Below, one piece after another: positions 58,485 to 64,000 of a stretch of DNA of 64,000 nt. Under the pieces are notes generated by a model. It was given only the letters and a program-made list of their open reading frames with translations, had not been told where the DNA came from and did no database searches. A program made the position numbers and the translations under genes. The stretch's first letter is position 1; each line of letters opens with the position of its first letter. Origin of the DNA: the human T2T-CHM13v2.0 reference genome, Homo sapiens; the NCBI RefSeq assembly GCF_009914755.1, contig NC_060941.1; one strand, written 5' to 3'.

Positions 58485-59888
58485 TGATTTTATGAATGCA
58501 ATGAAATTTTACTTTACCTTCTAGTTGTAGTTATCCATTTCAGATGCTGTGCCATTTAAAAAAATTATGGATAATAAAACTACATAAAGATCACTATGAA
58601 AAAATGTTATGCTAACTCTCCCTCAACAACATCTTGTCTAAAAATGCACAAATATTCAGATTCCAGAAAATTAATGATGATGTGAATCTTCTATCTCTGA
58701 TAGAGACGGGTTGATCCCGTGATACACGATTAGACAAATATGGTTATACCTGGTGATCAAGGGCAACATTTTGGTTTTATTTATCTTTTCAAGGGTATTT
58801 TAAAGGACTATTTACATGTTACATATTCTGGCTACAAAGAATAAAAGACCACAATCACGGGTTATTACAGATCATTACTATAACAAATTATATTTGTTGG
58901 TATTCTCTTTCTTCTGAATCTATTTTAAAGTCACTGCTAAAACACAGCTTTTATCACATTAATAATAATCCCAAGGACACTCAAACACACACACACACAC
59001 ATTTAAATGTCTTCAGGGAAACATTAAAAGATTCATCTTAAATATCTAACTTCCAGCCCTATCTGTCACAACTTTCCAACTTGAATCACAAGCTCACCCA
59101 CTGTTCTCTGCCTCTGAAGCCTTGCCCTTAAACCCGTTTCTCACCTGAACTATCTTCATAAATACTTTATGACAATTAAAATCTCACTTGTAATTCAGTA
59201 CCAGCTTAAATCTAACTATCCTTATGAACTTTCTATGACCAGTTTAGCCCACACTATCATCCCATTTCTTTCTTTACATAGCACTCATCTTTATCATACC
59301 GATAAGCAACTACTGTTCACCCAAATAATGTAATTATTACTTTTGTACATTTTACCTCAATGAAACTGTAAATTCCCTAGAGCCAAGCACTGTCTTAAAC
59401 ATATTCTCTCAATGTAATCTATTAAATCTAATCACTTCTTAATGAGTAGAAAAGAGATCACTGAGAGTGGCACAAGGGGAATGGTTCCTGTGAATCAGGG
59501 CTGGGGTATGTGTTTGTGTACATATATTTTCCCCATAATTTCCTATATAAAATTTTCCAATTGAAAAATATTCCATTTTGCTGTCCCACAAATAACTAAA
59601 ATTTCCTGGGAACAATACAAATTTAATATCAAAATTAAAGATGCCTGTCATAACTAACGACAGCTCAGATATTTTTTGAAAGATCATGTGTCCTGATATT
59701 TGGTTAAGTAAGTATAGTGAATCGTCCCATAGTTTACTACCCTTACTGTGAACCCAATTTTCATGGGTCTATTTAGTTGAGTTCCCAGAAGGGGTGTCGG
59801 GGGAAGTAGAGAAGTCGCAAGCCTTCAGGCAAAGTAAACATGCTCTCAAACCAAGATAGTAGGTCAAAAACAGGGAATCCCAACTTAC

Positions 59889-59975
59889 CAGGCGTCCAAC
59901 TGAGAAAAACACAGCAGCCATAATCTCTCCCTCTGGTTTCCCCTCTCTGGAAAGAGTGGAGTCTTGCAAAGACAT
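59889..59975 (-). CDS. ZNF624: ZNF624 first coding exon (exon 2, 59977-59889): MSLQDSTLSREGKPEGEIMAAVFFSVGRL
   Basis: Acceptor ttctcttccttag|GT ATG; donor CTG|gtaagt; 87 coding nt, phase 0. Confidence 0.92.
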
Positions 59976-60179
59976 ACCTAAGGAAGAGAAATAAGCCATG
60001 GAAACCAATCCTGCCTGGGGAATTTCAGACTCACCAAGTTGGAATCCTGACATACAAGTGAGCATGACCTCCCTAAGGAAGCACAAGAGTAACCCTTAAG
60101 ATCAGTGAGGGACAAAGACCCTTGCTCCGGCAGAGCTCAAGATTTTAGCACTGTTAACTATAGTCACAACTAACAGGCT

Positions 60180-60365
60180 AGCCATTGTACAAGGAGGTTT
60201 TAAAATACTTTCTCATTTTATTTTCACATCAACCTAGTAGGAATAATATTCCCATTCCATAGATGAGGAAACTGAACCTAAAAAAATTAAAGTACCCAAG
60301 GCCATACAGATACATGACCCCAAATCAATCTAATTCCAAAGCCCATACCTTTTCCACTGAATCAA
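60180..60365 (-). mobile_element. MIR
   Basis: cccattccatagatgaggaaactgaacct core. Confidence 0.7.
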
Positions 60366-60643
60366 CATGCTGTGTGAAGTACGAAAAAAAATACTTCAGT
60401 CTTTCTTTGCCACAATCACTTACTCATCTAACAATTAAATATTCTAAGAATCTCCTTTTCTTGCCTTTCCCACGAAGAGTCTATTTCCTAACATTTTCAG
60501 AGATCTGTTTCATGTAAAGAGAACACTACGACTTCAAAATTTAAATGATATTGGAAATCTTGATTTACCCCTCCGAATCTGATATTCAAATAGATCTTTA
60601 TCCTTTCTATATCAGGCAAACTTAAACAAAAAGGAAGCAGGTA

Positions 60644-60669
60644 TAATAATAATAATAATAATAATAATA
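60644..60669. repeat. (AAT)n microsatellite
   Basis: Direct reading. Confidence 0.9.
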
Positions 60670-61350
60670 GAAGAGACATGAAATTCAGTGCACAAAGCAT
60701 TAAGCTATAGTCTTTTTATATTGAAAAAAAAGTATATACCTAATAAAAGTTTTATCCTATGGAGCAACAGGGTGGCAGAGATCTTTTCCAGGGATGCTTG
60801 GGCCCTGCTTTTCTACCTTTGGCTAATGATATGTATGGCCTTGCTGAGGCTGAGTTTGGTTCAAGAACCAGGAGTGCCTGATGTAGGATATCAAACAGTA
60901 CAGATTGTCAATATAAATTCTTCTAGGATGGTAATACTAGCCTCATGAATCTTTATTCATGAGGGCAGTGACATAATAAGTATTAAGTTTTTGTACAAAA
61001 AGTGTTATAAGCAATTATATGGTCCTGCAAGTAGGGCCTTTGTTATGCTTAAACATGTGGAATCTGCTCCTTCCCTGAATGTGCACCTTGCTTCTCATAA
61101 CGTTCAGTAGCTTTGCTCAATAAACATAGCAGAACTTAATCTAACCTTACAGTGTCTAACAATCAGAAGCTCATCTGAAAAGATACTTGAAGTACTTAAC
61201 CATTATTCTCTGAAAAACAAGAATATATAAAGCAAGGTTATCAAGAATGCAAAGAATATTAGAGATATAAAAATTAACTAGATATGGGTATACTGAAACA
61301 TATACTGTCAGATTAATGTATTAACTCAAGGAGGAGACCAGGGTTAGTTA

Positions 61351-61686
<336 letters not shown>

Positions 61687-63489
61687 TTAAAAATGTAGAG
61701 TGACCTGTTTCATGACACTGGGGCTTTCCTAGGCACAATGAAAAGGTTTTGGTGGAAGAGAAACAATGAGAAGTTGAGGGAGGAAAGCGGTACAGTGTGG
61801 AGATAAAAGAGGTAAAGAAAGAATAGTCTGAGGGGATTCCTGTATTGAAGCCTCAAGGTAACCAGTAAGTGGTTTTGCCTTATGCCAGTGTTTCTCTAGA
61901 TTTTTCTGTCATAGAGCCTTTTGCAAATCTAATGAAAATTATGACTCCTCTCCTGTTTTCTAATGAAAACGCCACATGTATAACTAGAGGGGTCTCAAAT
62001 CTGAGAATGCAAAAAACTCACTGGATATGCTTATTAAAAAGGAAATTATTTGGCCCCATCCAAGATCAAAATCAGGATCTCTAGATGTGAGGCACAGAAA
62101 TATACAGCTTGAACAAGTACACCTTAAGAAATATTTAGTTTAATATAATGTTAACATGTTAATTATATAATGTTAAATTATATAATGTTTTAGTTTTAGT
62201 GTAATATTTTAAGAAATATTGCCTGTTACACAATAGGGATTCTGAAGGGTGAAGGAGTGGGAGGGGGGTGGAGAATAAGGAATTACTTAATGGGTATAAT
62301 GTACGTTATTCTAGGGACAGATACCCTGAAAGCCCTGATCTCACCACTACACAATCTATGCATACCAGTAAATCTTAATTTTTGGGGGGGTACGGACCCA
62401 TCTGAGAATCTGACCTTGTCCACAAAATAATGCACATGCATATATGATGTTGCATATTACTTCAGAGAGCTTGAAAACTGACTCTCCCTCCCAAGCCCAT
62501 ACACTGACCCCCAAGTTTTACAAGGTTGCAAAGAAAAAAAATGAGCCAAGAATATTGCCCCATCCCGCAACCCCCGAACACTAAAGCAGACCTACAAAGA
62601 GCAACATAAGGCATTTTCAATTCCGAAGGTCTAGAGTAATGGTTTTCTGCATCTTTAACATTTATCAAGAGTGAGCTGAGTCATCATTTTTAAAATATTT
62701 GTAAATATTAATAAACTCTTTGGCAATACTTTATGTAGATTATGTAGATTATGCTCGTAACATATGTTTAACAACCAAACTACAATAAATCCGTTTTATT
62801 TTATAATTAGAATAAACAATATTTAACATTTAATATATTCAGCTTGATCTCAATTGTGCAAATGTAATGCATAGAAAAAAAGACTGAGTAACCCAAAACT
62901 CTACTGAGACCTCTGAGACCTGGGGCTGTGATGTTTACCCTTCTTTCTGCTTTTCTGTACTCTCCAAGCAGACAAGAAGAAGTATCTACCTATACATAGG
63001 AGTGTGGAATAGGAATAAAATCCCAGAGTGGCTGGCCACATCCCCAGGTTCTAACCCTGCTTTGGCTACCGTAAAACTGTGACCACAGGCAAGTCACTTG
63101 AGCACAACGAATCAGCTATTAGTACATGACAGTAGCCACCTTATATGTTTCTACTGTCCCCTTTGTCATTATGCAGAAGATATCTAGGCCACTATTCCCC
63201 AGTTATAATTTCCCTATTTACAAGCTCTGTCTTTCCAACTATTGCAAACGTATCCAGAGACTTAAGGAGAAACTTTACTTGTTTTGCTTCCTTGGCCAGT
63301 GCAGTTATTTAGAAATAATGAAGGGTCCATGTTTTTGCCGAGAATCTCAGCGCCATGTACCAGTCCAGCATTTCCCAACCAATGCAATAATACCATTGTC
63401 ATGTCAGGGAGTGACAAGTGATTAAAAGGTGATTACAGTATTTGAAATGTGACATTTCAGGAAAAGCTGCCTCGGTTACTGAGTAGCGC

Positions 63490-64000
63490 AGGTCCCCCGA
63501 TGTGGAACCTAGTTCCATCCCTGCCAGTTCAGAAATGCTCCTGCCAACCTCGCCTTCTTTCCCTAACTGCTCTCCTCTACCCACTTCGGGTATGCCCTCC
63601 TCAGGGCCTGCAAGGCGCGGGGCTGGGAAGACCGGGAAAGTCGGGTCAGGGGCCCGCCCGCCCTACTCGACTCCCTGCGCCCTGCGCCCGGCTCTTTTTA
63701 ACCCCAGCGCCGCCAGGCCCGCAGGGAGGGGGTTCCCGGGTTTGGACCCGGACTAGGAGGCCGCATAGGGCACGCGGCCCTACCTGTGAGGGAGGCCAGC
63801 TGGAGACTGAACCCACACTCGGGAAGGAGGCCCAGCCCCAATCGCCTCTCAGGAGTGGGCGGGTCCGCTCAGGGACAGGGGCTCTAGAGGGAACGGCCAC
63901 GCCCCGGACGCCGCCGGGAGCCAAGCGCCAAGGGAGGGGCGGCGGGCAACCGAGGCCAGGCGCCCGGGACAACGAGTACCTGGCGGCCGAACTGAGGACA
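63490..64000. promoter_or_regulatory. CpG island at ZNF624 promoter/first exon-intron, with GC boxes
   Basis: Abrupt rise in GC and CpG density; GGGCGG/CCGCCC motifs near 63654, 63857 and 63937. Confidence 0.85.
63980..64000 (-). other. ZNF624: Probable ZNF624 non-coding exon 1 (3' part; continues beyond window)
   Basis: Donor-like CCAG|gtactc at 63980/63979 inside the CpG island; no transcript evidence available here. Confidence 0.6.

Noticed and set aside
60857-60875. LLVLE as the core of a SCAN relic in intron 1
   Set aside because: Neither flank resembles SCAN; a 5-residue match is probably chance.

Overview
Primate (human-like) genomic DNA, about 60-70% interspersed repeats by eye. It holds almost the whole minus-strand KRAB zinc-finger gene ZNF624, which from recall lies on 17p11.2 next to ZNF287. 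The five coding exons (59975-59889, 57625-57560, 44991-44865, 44192-44097, 34749-32528) all have GT-AG boundaries and sum to 2598 nt = 865 aa. The protein has KRAB-A, KRAB-B and 21 C2H2 fingers; a CpG-island promoter/first exon lies at the right edge and a likely ATTAAA poly(A) signal at ~31.0 kb. About 2.7 kb downstream is a full-length processed pseudogene of SRSF6 (26383-28266, minus strand). The rest is ~33 Alus, many old L1 fragments, one young rearranged L1PA3/4, MaLR LTRs and DNA-transposon fossils. The most interesting unexplained signal is in the non-repetitive islands downstream of ZNF624. By-eye translation of the minus strand gives two frameshifted SCAN-domain-like relics (~11.3-11.5 kb, ~17.5-17.7 kb) and a weaker third (~30.4-30.8 kb), suggesting lost SCAN/ZKSCAN-type gene(s) in this cluster. 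Other notable points: decayed zinc fingers after the ZNF624 stop codon, a 4-finger periodicity in the array, and several complex retrotransposition/rearrangement junctions. Repeat subfamily names and repeat boundaries are by-eye estimates, and no database searches were run.
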